A stretch of 64,000 bases of DNA, from the NCBI RefSeq assembly GCF_001194135.2, contig NC_068990.1:30176203-30240202 (forward strand), read 5' to 3'. This document shows positions 55,301 through 61,965 of the stretch, piece after piece. The notes under the pieces were generated by a model. It was not told the origin of the DNA. It ran no database searches and saw nothing but the letters and a program-made list of their open reading frames with translations. Position 1 is the first letter of the stretch, and the number at the start of each line of letters is the position of its first letter. The stretch comes from Octopus bimaculoides (Eukaryota). A program made the position numbers and the translations under genes.

Positions 55301-57195
55301 GGTTATAGCTATTTTGTGGTTAGTAATGGATACTGAAGGTGGGAATGTGGTTTCTAGTTGAGGAGAGTAAGCTATAAAGATGAATGGTGGCAGCTTTTGA
55401 TCAGGTGTGGGAGAAAGAGAGGGAGAGGAGGTGGATAGTAGTTGGAAGTATTAGTGTGTGAGTATGGTTGTGTGTAGGTATGAGCAGGAGAGGGGAGGAG
55501 TAGACGTTATGAGGTAATGGTGTTAAATGGGAGTGGATCAGAGCAGGTGACTGGGAGGTTCTGAGAGTCACACATGTGCAGATATGACATTATGTTTGAA
55601 AAAAGGGGGAAAGGAGATGGTTTGTCTGTATGTGAGTGGGAGAGGGAGAAGAAAAGAGTTGGAGAAAACCCTTTTCAATTATTGATTCCTGTGTTGGTAG
55701 ACATTTCCAATTAGTAAATTAATCAGTTTGTGGATGTGTTAGATTTGCTAGTGAGCCATTGTCTTTGGGAAGTGTTATGGGAGTGCCTAGTGGAATTAAA
55801 AAGTCAGGTTAAGAGTTACATGATTGTACAATCAGCCAACCTTGTGATTCCTTTCACCAACATATAAAACACAAGAAATTTGGCATTATATGTAATGGCG
55901 TCACATTAAAAAGCACCCAGTACACTCTGTAGAGTGGTTGGCATTAGGAAGAGCATCCAGCCATAGAAACCAGTGCCAAAGCAGACAACTGGAGCCAGGT
56001 TCAGCCCTCCAGCCTTGCCAGCTCCTGTCAAACTGTCCAATCCATACCAGCATGGAAAATAGATGTTAATTGATGATGATGATTCTGGGAGATGCCAGTG
56101 AAATGTCAGCAAGTTGGAAAGTAGAACTGGGGCCATGCAAAGTATTGAGGTAGTGAGAGCTGGGTCAGGTATGGAAAGGATTGTGGGGGCAGAATGTCAT
56201 GGATTTTGTAATGTCTGATGATGTGAAGAAGGATTCTGGAATGGTGGAAGAGATAAGCAGAGTCAACAGGGCCAACAAGATCAGACTGGTAGAAACAAAA
56301 ATTATAGAATGTGGCATGCTGAAGAGGTTGTGTGGTGGGTTGGAAGGAGGGACAGATCAAAGGAGTGCAGTTAAATGGGTTGGAAGGCAGAAATGTAATG
56401 GGAATGGCAAGGGTTTGAAAGCTGATTAGAAGAAAGTGGAGTATTTGGTGGGACTTGAAGATAGAACCTCATCAAGTGAGGTAGAGAAATTACAAGAAGA
56501 CTATGAATAATTTTGTGTGATTTGGGTGGAAGGAGGAGAAGTTGAGGTGTGGACGAGAGTCAGTGATTTTGTAAGAGACACTGAGGAAGAAGATGAATGG
56601 AAGTGTTGGAGATGATGGATGGGAAAATGTCAAGACAAGATTAAGAAAGAAAATGAAGGTGAGTTGTTTGTGAGTAATAAAAGTGGTTCAAAGATGTCAT
56701 TGATGATTTAGTGACCTGTCGGCCCCCATAGATACTCTAATGTTTTACTGATAAAATCTCTTTGAAGAGAGAAAAATCATTCAGATGGAGCAGAAAGAGA
56801 GGATATTTGATTCGGGTGTCAACATGGTCCAGCAAAAATTTAAGAGTTAGGGGTCTGTTATCATGGGATGGTGTCTTGAGGGAATTGACATTTAAGGTAT
56901 GAAGTAGCTGGGAAAAGCCAGGAAGTGGTTGAGTTGAAGAGGCAGAGGACCTATTTGTGAAAGAAGGATGAGTTAATGAGAAAGGACGGGGGCTGGAGGG
57001 AAGAATTAAGGGTTAGAAGAAGAGTTATTGTTAAGAAATAGAAAACTGTAAGGAAGTTTAACATGTTTTATATGCTTTACAATTTCTTACTTTTTCATTT
57101 TATATCCTGGAACTGATTACTTTCCAAACTAATCAACTATAAAAAATTATACATTGATCACTTTTTTCTTTCTTTTTTTATTGTTTCAGGGATGA
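6629..57195 (+). CDS. ITPRID: ITPR-interacting domain protein (ITPRID/SSFA2/KRAP/TESPA1 family), multi-exon. Model: join(6629-6779,8062-8209,16693-16860,25199-25404,36024-36901,40635-40674,45724-45833,46475-47212,48212-48289,49497-49624,51041-51188,52736-52945,54517-54582,57190-57195), about 1024 aa
   Basis: Hand-spliced GT-AG exons with matching phases. SSIDILLQSREANPEEILRSLGFG...ARIPQRFF resembles the KRAP IP3R-binding domain (vertebrate DPEEILYNLGFG...KIPSRFF, recalled). Also RIGSAQSDSSGYVE and a C-terminal LSDEETLMMDELYELWTAVNIEVGHLEKLLAER / MTELLKEQ / LKDSMMVEIQR resembling SSFA2_C. The start codon and last exon are less certain. Confidence 0.85.
8062..8209 (+). CDS. ITPRID-like exon (phase 1 to 2): NTLNEIPASKLNEMSPSKPNETTASTINETPVNNLNKMTLSSTSDENE
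   Basis: TTTACCAG acceptor, GTAGGT donor, open frame, phase matches exon 16693. Confidence 0.75.
8590..8880 (+). mobile_element. Two partial family B SINEs
   Basis: TTCTGAGTTCAA...CATCCTTTCAGGGTTGATTAAATAAG; GCTGGCCTTGTGCCAAAATTTGAAAC. Confidence 0.75.
10365..10500 (+). mobile_element. Family A SINE 5' half
   Basis: TTGCTTCCCAACCGCATGG...GGCAAGTGTCTTC...GAAACTGAAAGAA followed by (TA)n. Confidence 0.8.
11320..11770 (+). mobile_element. Tc1/mariner remnant: 5' leader plus N-terminal HTH region of the transposase (stop and frameshift)
   Basis: KQHAVLLGIRAGNSNMNISESLGVNLRTVQRI*...STPEFVGEIPAMIDNDP/SIRSITRDMGVSEFLIRQVMHEDIWYSSY. Confidence 0.75.
12360..12500 (+). mobile_element. Family B SINE (partial)
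   Basis: GAGGTCGACTTTGCCTTTG...GGGGTCGATAAATTAAGTACCAG. Confidence 0.8.
13505..14030 (+). mobile_element. Tc1/mariner remnant: same 5' leader, internally deleted, DDE catalytic region
   Basis: NTQNNRWLA...KHPINIMVF..ITNDGDIIPPFI...LNTEAYIKYLEEVVLPWVKMVAVGRPYIWQQDSAPCYTSKRTQ; the QQDSAP motif is typical of Tc1/mariner. Confidence 0.8.
14036..14305. repeat. About 40-bp minisatellite, about 7 degenerate units
   Basis: Units such as CCACTTGCCTCCATGAGGCCCAATGCCCAAAGGAACTCA. Confidence 0.8.
14493..14721 (+). mobile_element. TTAA-flanked piggyBac-like MITE (subfamily ending GCTAAAGGG-TTAA)
   Basis: TTAA-CTCTTTA ... TGCTAAAGGG-TTAA; related copies at 34417-34639 and about 43370-43543. Confidence 0.65.
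15655..15900 (-). mobile_element. Family C copy
   Basis: CATCATCATTTAATGTCC...TTCCATGCTGG...GCTGGATGCCCTTCCTAA. Confidence 0.8.
16693..16860 (+). CDS. ITPRID-like exon (phase 2 to 2): KPFENSTDVAGEKPASKDTTQLVINPQDKTQQWLHTLTGRQHSFGSDLSAGTNSS
   Basis: TTTTCTTTCAG acceptor and GTCAGT donor; joins in frame to SIDILL at 25199. Confidence 0.85.
17280..17712. mobile_element. Two family C-related copies in opposite orientation (17280-17500 on -, 17540-17712 on +)
   Basis: (CAT)n start and (GAT)n end; shared TTCCATGCT...GGGTT motif in inverted orientation. Confidence 0.7.
17851..18250 (-). mobile_element. Full-length family A SINE
   Basis: Reverse complement of the family A consensus, ending ACCACACAGCCACACC. 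Confidence 0.85.
19357..19558 (-). mobile_element. TTAA-flanked piggyBac-like MITE
   Basis: TTAA-CCCTTCTGCTAC ... ATGACAAAAGGG-TTAA. Confidence 0.7.
20184..20635 (+). mobile_element. Full-length family A SINE
   Basis: GGAGCGTGGCTGTGTGG head through GAAACAAGTAAAAG tail. Confidence 0.85.
20895..21175 (-). mobile_element. Family C copy
   Basis: (CAT)n TTTAACGTCTGCTTTCCATGCTGGCATGGGTTGGACAG... Confidence 0.75.
22590..22745 (-). mobile_element. Family A SINE 5' half
   Basis: CCAAATCCACTCACAAGGCTTTGGTTGG...GAAGACACTTGCCCAA. Confidence 0.8.
23488..24200 (+). mobile_element. Cluster of three family B SINEs separated by an (ATC)n tract
   Basis: GGTGAGCTGGCAGAATC heads at about 23492 and 23993, a degenerate copy at about 23720; (ATC)n at 23925-23980. 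Confidence 0.85.
24500..24740. repeat. Three about 80-bp higher-order repeats built from CA/CT/TA-like sequence
   Basis: GATAC..CATACTCTCACACTCTCTCATATA..CACTTTACAAAGTCAC recurs at about 24508, 24591 and 24670. Confidence 0.75.
25050..25160 (+). mobile_element. Family C 3' end with (ATG)n tail just upstream of the IP3R-binding exon acceptor
   Basis: CCCATGCTAGCATGGAAAACGGATGTTAAATGATGATGAT. Confidence 0.8.
25199..25404 (+). CDS. ITPRID-like exon encoding the IP3R-binding core (phase 2 to 1)
   Basis: TTTTATTTCCAG acceptor; encodes IDILLQSREANPEEILRSLGFGSSQNDEVKARIPQRFFSDSKFCIDDFKQRSELQELFDSWKSEKNSS. The GTCAGT donor at 25405 is in phase with 36024. Confidence 0.9.
25405..25919 (+). CDS. Alternative coding extension of the IP3R-binding exon (polyQ-containing, stop at 25890-25892) followed by a 27-nt segment and a strong donor
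   Basis: The frame stays open for 488 nt past the 25405 donor. Internal acceptor TTTTTTCAG ends at 25455; GTAAGT donor at 25920. See findings. Confidence 0.65.
29452..29968 (+). mobile_element. Family C element with five tandem 66-bp units at its 5' end
   Basis: Unit CACGTAAAAAGCACCATTCGAGCACGGTCGATGCCAGTGTCACCTGACTGGCTCCTGTGCTGGTGG at 29452, 29518, 29584, 29650 and about 29716, then the standard body and (ATG)n tail. Confidence 0.9.
30664..30890 (-). mobile_element. TTAA-flanked piggyBac-like MITE (about 220 bp)
   Basis: TTAA-CCCTTTCATTAC ... GTAACAAAAGGG-TTAA; reverse complement of 41847-42079. Confidence 0.85.
32040..32545 (-). repeat. Family A SINE 3' part followed by a (GATA)/(GACA)/(GGTA) compound satellite containing an N gap
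   Basis: GCCATGCTGGAGCACCACC motif, then tetranucleotide runs. Confidence 0.8.
33560..33930 (-). mobile_element. tRNA-derived SINE, family D (second copy at about 43030-43390)
   Basis: Minus-strand head GGAGGTGCAATGGCCCAGTGGTTAGGGCAGC...TTCAATTCCC; shared GGAACAGCCTGCTTG(T/G)GAAATTAAC core. Confidence 0.75.
34905..35350 (+). mobile_element. Two tandem family B SINEs
   Basis: Consensus motifs twice. Confidence 0.8.
36024..36901 (+). CDS. ITPRID-like large Ser-rich exon (phase 1 to 0)
   Basis: TTGTTTGTCTAG acceptor, GTGAGT donor, 878 nt open (part of ORF 35939-36937). Confidence 0.9.
37660..38470 (-). mobile_element. Degraded RTE-clade LINE reverse-transcriptase C-terminal region
   Basis: KVCFQKVVCRPV...EMTHYLRGLP...RIRN and GRK..GK..TADL....DSNMW resemble RTE motifs (KVYxxVVRP; EMRMLRW...RIRN); many stops. 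Confidence 0.45.
40094..40490 (+). mobile_element. Full-length, young-looking family A SINE
   Basis: Near-identical to 1628-2009; intact A/B-box-like head. Confidence 0.9.
40635..40674 (+). CDS. ITPRID-like 40-nt exon KEVRRLKIGAQRN (phase 0 to 1)
   Basis: ACAACTTCTAG acceptor and GTGAGT donor. It supplies exactly the 0-to-1 phase bridge needed between 36901 and 45724. Confidence 0.85.
40730..40995 (-). mobile_element. Family C copy, well conserved
   Basis: CATCGTCGTTTAACGTCCGTTTTCCATGCTGGCATGGG...GATGCCCTTCCTAACGCCAACCACTCCGAG. Confidence 0.9.
41158..41535 (+). mobile_element. Family A SINE
   Basis: GGTATGGCTGTGTGGTAAG head through GAAACAAGTAAAAGATAAAAG tail. Confidence 0.85.
41847..42079 (+). 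mobile_element. TTAA-flanked piggyBac-like MITE, with a partial tandem copy at about 42105-42283 and a diverged copy at about 42525-42765
   Basis: TTAA-CCCTTTCGTTAC ... GATAATGAAAGGG-TTAA. Confidence 0.85.
44815..44995 (+). mobile_element. Family C copy
   Basis: AAGCACCCACTACAC...GGAAGGGCATCCAGC...ACGTTAAACGATGATGATG. Confidence 0.88.
45724..45833 (+). CDS. ITPRID-like exon with SIYRIGSAQSDSSGYVESD motif (phase 1 to 0)
   Basis: TTTTTGCACAG acceptor, GTAATT donor; matches the family SxQSDSSGF/Y motif. Confidence 0.9.
46475..47212 (+). CDS. ITPRID-like large Ser/Thr-rich exon (phase 0 to 0)
   Basis: AACTTCCAG acceptor, GTAAGT donor, 738 nt open. Confidence 0.88.
47300..47630 (-). mobile_element. 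Family A SINE
   Basis: Reverse-complement motifs CTGCTAAGTTAC, CTCACAAGGCTTTG, GGGACTGAACCCAGAACCATG. Confidence 0.8.
47940..48150 (+). mobile_element. Family B SINE
   Basis: GGCAAGTTGGCAGAATCGTTAGC ... GGCCTTGTGCCAAAATTTGAAA. Confidence 0.85.
48212..48289 (+). CDS. ITPRID-like exon SFVNNPFLPYTPRVKIEIWAEKPINM (phase 0 to 0)
   Basis: TTTCTGTTTCTAG acceptor, GTAAAT donor, 26 open codons. Confidence 0.75.
48450..48850 (-). mobile_element. Degraded RTE (BovB-like) LINE RT C-terminus
   Basis: ...EKSMG...RGRLRRC*LDDIKEWT.RSLSE...ARAR..WR resembles the RTE motif RGRPRxRWxDDIKEWTG. Confidence 0.55.
49497..49624 (+). CDS. ITPRID-like SSFA2_C-region exon HLQEENQLMQHAVQRYKFDLQIIESTFLSCYNHMAELLSDEE (phase 0 to 2)
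   Basis: TTACAG acceptor (an in-frame alternative CAG lies 9 nt downstream), GTAAGT donor, coiled-coil character. Confidence 0.85.
50420..50645 (-). mobile_element. Family C copy (others at about 13340, 23195, 49005, 54235, 55010 and 55900)
   Basis: (CAT)n ... GCTGGATGCCCTTCCTAATGCCAACCAC. Confidence 0.8.
51041..51188 (+). CDS. ITPRID-like SSFA2_C-region exon LMMDELYELWTAVNIEVGHLEKLLAERQYFVRNGNSQLTTLTSLQVIPL (phase 2 to 0)
   Basis: ACATTTCTAG acceptor, GTAAGT donor, phases match both neighbours. Confidence 0.88.
51850..52352 (-). mobile_element. Family A SINE spanning an N gap (52011-52214), with a duplicated 3' end
   Basis: GGCCATGCTGG(T/A)GCACC occurs twice (about 51885 and 51965); the head ends ACCACACAACC at about 52343. 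Confidence 0.8.
52736..52945 (+). CDS. ITPRID-like exon MTELLKEQLCAFQL...RSMEE (phase 0 to 0)
   Basis: TTTCTCTTTTGCAG acceptor, GTACAG donor, 70 open codons. Confidence 0.85.
54517..54582 (+). CDS. ITPRID-like exon LKDSMMVEIQRNITQNFNQLFM (phase 0 to 0)
   Basis: TCTGTTTTCAG acceptor, GTAAGT donor. Confidence 0.85.
55330..56760 (-). mobile_element. Highly degraded RT-like (possibly Penelope-type) remnant interrupted by a family C element
   Basis: Strand-biased composition; LTQLSLPQYFAWPQFYFP loosely resembles the PxFYxLPK motif. Weak. Confidence 0.3.
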
Positions 57196-57401
57196 AAAGA
57201 CTCCTTAGATGTGCTTTCTGCAGTCATTTATTATTGTTCACAGTTGATTTGATATACGGAGCTTGAATTCACATGCATACATGTGTGTATTGTGAAAACA
57301 TTTTTCAACTTGTTTCCCTGTGTGCTTTTAATTAACTCCAATGAAATTTGAAACAACAATAGGACCAAAAGTATATATATATATATATATAACCTTGTGT
57401 A

Positions 57402-57444
<43 letters not shown>

Positions 57445-58470
57445 GCAAATACAACCGTCATCACCACAGCCACATCATGGATTGAAATTAAACCTCATAT
57501 TTATATTTTCCTCTCTTTGATGTTGACAGTATTCCAGACTCGAGCATCTTCCACATCCCTTTTGAAGTTTAACTGATTTTTAAATCAGGGATCTCTTTTT
57601 AGTTGAATTTATTTAGTCTATTAAAGTCTTTTTTATTTTTCTAAAAAAACAGACATTATTACCAAAGTAACCAATTCTCTATTTTCCTATCAGCTCATTC
57701 AACCCCTTCACCTTTCATCCAATTTTGCTTAATCTTTAAATTTAAGGAATGATAAATGTTATTTAACTTTACATAGGTTTTACATCACCAAACGATATTG
57801 TTTTATTTTGCTTTTGTTCTCTCTCTCTCTCTCTCTCTTTTTTTTACTGTTCTAGCAATAAAGATCACAAAATATTTATTATATTCTTTAATTCTATTTA
57901 TTGCTGACTCAAAACTTATTTTTATATCAACATTTCCACATTTCCTGCAAGAATCTACCCTAAAATATTCTAAACACCCTTAACAAATGACCCTTCCTAA
58001 TTCTCAAATTCTTCTCGCCCTGTCTCTTCTTTCATCTTTGTTTTTATAAAATGAATTGACATCTTGTATCTCTTAAAGAATAAATCACATACTCTTGCTA
58101 AAAATTAGTTGTGTTGCTTAAATCCATTTTTTAAAAAACTCTTTCCATGTCTGTATCTATTCTATGTATTAGTTATTGAGTTGAGATAGTCTTTTGTAAA
58201 CTGATTATTGGAATCTTTTCACTAAGAACTTTACAGAACACTGCACCAGGCTGGCTTCTCATTGATGTTTTTGGTTCTGTGAATGAATTTAATTTTACGA
58301 CTGTCACCTAACAAACACTGGTCAATAATTGTGTAGTTTATTTCAGAGGTGAACCCCACAAACCCCTCACCATGTTAAACTTTAAATGTTTTTCTAATCA
58401 CTTAAAATAAAGAAACAATTTGAAAGAAAAATTGACTTTTAACTTCTCTTGCAGTTTGAAATAAACCTAA
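57190..58470 (+). other. Putative terminal exon of the ITPRID-like gene: Gly-stop (57190-57195) then an AT-rich 3'UTR
   Basis: Very strong acceptor TTTTTTATTGTTTCAG ending 57189; GGA TGA in phase 0. AATAAA hexamers near 57857, 58079, 58407 and 58461. The end point is not determined. Confidence 0.55.
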
Positions 58471-58854
58471 AATAGTTTTAGCTCAAGTTTTCCATAAAGC
58501 TGGCATGAATGACACAACATTCATGTGTTTATGTGAAAATAAGCATAAAATTTTTAATGTGATAGATTTCCCATCATCTCTGACTTGCAGCCCCTTGAAT
58601 GTCCTCTAAACCATTTATTAGGACTGGCTAATGACTTTATCTTCAATGATAACCATATTGAGTGATTTCCTTGTTTTTTTGGGGTTTTTTTTTCTTACTT
58701 CAGATCTTTGGGACAATTTCCATACCATATTGTGGTGATTGGTATAGAATCTCTATAACCTGGTTGAGTACTTTTCTTCTTAACATGGCTACCTGGGTAT
58801 TGTTGATTTAACAAAACCTCTGATAAAAGAGATAATGCAAATATCAAATTTTGA

Positions 58855-59750
58855 CACAAGGCCAGCAATTTCGGGGGAGTGTGTAAGTCTCTTACATTGA
58901 CCTCAGTGCTCAGCTGGTACTTACTTTATTGACCCCTAAAGGATGAAACACAAAGTCAACCTTGGTGGAAACTGAACTCAGAATGTAAAGACAGATGAAA
59001 TACTGCTAAGCATTTCGCCCGGCGTGCTAACAGCCCTGTCAATCTGCCACCTTAGTAGCAGCAGTAGTAGTATTGAACCTGGGAAATGATTTTTAAAGTG
59101 GGAGGTAAATTCATAAGGAAAACATCGCAAGACTTAGAGAGAGAGAGATGTAAAGAACTTCCATTAGAATAGGAAACAAAAATGAAACTCAAAAAACTAA
59201 ACAAGTACTCAATACCTGTTTAAATAGGTATTAAATACTGCTTTAAAAAGGAAATGAAAACATGCAATGGAAAAATAAAAAGAATACATAAAAATAATAT
59301 TAATTCTTTGTATTTATTCTTTATTATTTGGTTTTCATATTTCTTTTAAATCATCATCATCATCATCATCATTATTATTAAGGCAGTGAGCTGGCAAAAT
59401 TGTTCATCCTTTTGGGGTCAACAGAATAAGTACCAGTTACATACTGGGGTTGATGTAATCAACTAGCTGCCTCCTCAGAATTTCCGGCCTTGTACCTATA
59501 GTAGGAAGGGTTGTTATTATTATTGTTGTTGTTGTTGTTGTTGTAAGGTGGTGAGCTGGCAGAAACGTTAGCACACTGGGCGAAATGCTTAGCAGTATTT
59601 CGTCTGCCTTGATGATCTGAGTTCAAATTCCACCGAGGTCGACTTTGCCTTTCATCCTTTCGGGTTCGATAAATAAAGTACTAGTGAAACACTGGGGTTG
59701 ATGAAGTCCCCTCTCCCAAAATTTCAGGCCTTGTGCCAATTGTAGAAATG
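58855..59750. mobile_element. Family B SINEs between the two convergent genes: 58855-59050 (-), about 59380-59520 (+), 59545-59750 (+)
   Basis: Consensus motifs in both orientations. Confidence 0.85.
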
Positions 59751-59789
59751 ATTGTTATTGCTGTTGCTGTTGTTGTTATTGTTGTCACC

Positions 59790-59795
59790 TTTATT
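59790..59795 (-). promoter_or_regulatory. Candidate polyadenylation signal AATAAA of the PEBP4-like gene
   Basis: TTTATT on the + strand about 35 nt downstream of the stop codon. Confidence 0.4.
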
Positions 59796-59829
59796 TTGTT
59801 GTTGTTGTGAAACCAGGTAAGTATTCTAA

Positions 59830-60107
59830 TCAGGGAAATAGCATTCCCAGATACATTACAACCATATTGATCAGACAATCCTTCCCCCAGTTCTTCAGAC
59901 TGGTCGGTGCCGTATCATTGGCAAACAGAAGATATTGGTAATTCATTAATGGTTTCAGGTGGTTTTCATTCTCAAACTGAACCATTTTAAACGCTCGTGC
60001 TTCATCCGCTCTGTCTTGCAGTTCTATGATGGCAGGATAATACATCTGCTGATACAGCAAGAATTGTATTCGATAGACCCCTGAAGTCTGCTTGGGGGCT
60101 TCGTAGT
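59830..60107 (-). CDS. PEBP4-like terminal exon YEAPKQTSGVYRIQFLLYQQ...CLINMVVMYLGMLFP* (phase 1 start)
   Basis: Long pyrimidine tract plus CTAG acceptor; 91 codons to TGA at 59830-59832. Confidence 0.85.
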
Positions 60108-61138
60108 CTAGAGGTGGGGTGGGGGAGAGAAAAAGACAAAAGCATAATGCAGAATGAGTGATGCAGAATGAACTATTTGTGAATATAATAAAACTGGGGG
60201 GAGAAGAAGAAGAAGAAAGAAAGAAAGAGGATAATGACAAACAACCTAATAATTATGTTAATTGAAATGAGAGTGAGGCCAAATTGAAACAAGCATTTAN
60301 NNNNNNNNNNNNNNNNNNNNNNNNNNNNNNNNNNNNNNNNNNNNNNNNNNNNNNNNNNNNNNNNNNNNNNNNNNNNNNNNNNNNNNNNNNNNNNNNNNNN
60401 NNNNNNNNNNNNNNNNNNNNNNNNNNNNNNNNNNNNNNNNNNNNNNNNNNNNNNNNNNNNNNNNNNNNNNNNNNNNNNNNNNNNNNNNNNNNNNNNNNNN
60501 NNNNNNNNNNNNNNNNNNNNNNNNNNNNNNNNNNNNNNNNNNNNNNNNNNNNNNNNNNNNNNNNNNNNNNNNNNNNNNNNNNNNNNNNNNNNNNNNNNNN
60601 NNNNNNNNNNNNNNNNNNNNNNNNNNNNNNNNNNNNNNNNNNNNNNNNNNNNNNNNNNNNNNNNNNNNNNNNNNNNNNNNNNNNNNNNNNNNNNNNNNNN
60701 NNNNNNNNNNNNNNNNNNNNNNNNNNNNNNNNNNNNNNNNNNNNNNNNNNNNNNNNNNNNNNNNNNNNNNNNNNNNNNNNNNNNNNNNNNNNNNNNNNNN
60801 NNNNNNNNNNNNNNNNNNNNNNNNNNNNNNNNNNNNNNNNNNNNNNNNNNNNNNNNNNNNNNNNNNNNNNNNNNNNNNNNNNNNNNNNNNNNNNNNNNNN
60901 NNNNNNNNNNNNNNNNNNNNNNNNNNNNNNNNNNNNNNNNNNNNNNNNNNNNNNNNNNNNNNATATATAATTATATGTCTTACGGTTAAGTTGGTCCCTA
61001 TGTATTTCCCTGAAGAGAAGATTACATCTTTATCAACATCACCTATTCCTTTGGAAGGAACCATTTGTAATCTTCGAAACATATCTTGGAAATAAAAGAA
61101 TTCATTTAAAATATGCGTATTACTCCATTTATTAAATT

Positions 61139-61169
<31 letters not shown>

Positions 61170-61930
61170 TTGTGTGCACATGTCATTGTTCAGTTTTATT
61201 TCAAGATTTCTTGCCAATAGAGAAAGAGCTGGTTTCTAACCTAGATTCAAGGTTCCTTCACTGGAATTTCAACATCAACAACAGGGTATTTTTGTATGTA
61301 TATATGTATGTATGTATGTAGGATACGTGAACCATATGGAGTCACATGAAAATCGTAATACCCAGATAGGTAATGATCTTGGACACCAACTACCTCTTAC
61401 AATTTGTGTCACATGTCAAAAAACTTGTAAGACAATATATGGACTTAAAGAAAGACATATGCTAGTTCACAAAAACACTCCTTCAGAATCCAATTCCAAA
61501 GAGCAAAGATGTATAAGTGACTTGAATAATACCTGTCATTTGTGTTTTAAACCCTGTCAGTCGGCAGCTGGTTTTAAAAGTCATTTAAGGTCTCATCAAC
61601 AGAGTGATTGTACTGTGTGATGGGGTGTGGTGTGTGTGTTGATGGGACGGCTGTCATCTCCCAAGATGAAGCAATCGTCATGTATGATTGTTTGTATGTA
61701 TTGTGCATGTGTGCATGAATCAGTGCATGTTTCTGTTAACTCAAGCATGAATGACTGTGCATCAGACATGTGTATGCTTTATACTTACTGGGATGTTTGT
61801 CTTCATCCAATGTAACCAGACCCATTTAGAATCTGGAAATCTATCTGGATCGATCATAATCAAGATATATTTTTTTGCTTCATGTTTTGGAACTCTCTGA
61901 AGGAAAACAATCAAAACAAAAGCATGAATG

Positions 61931-61965
<35 letters not shown>

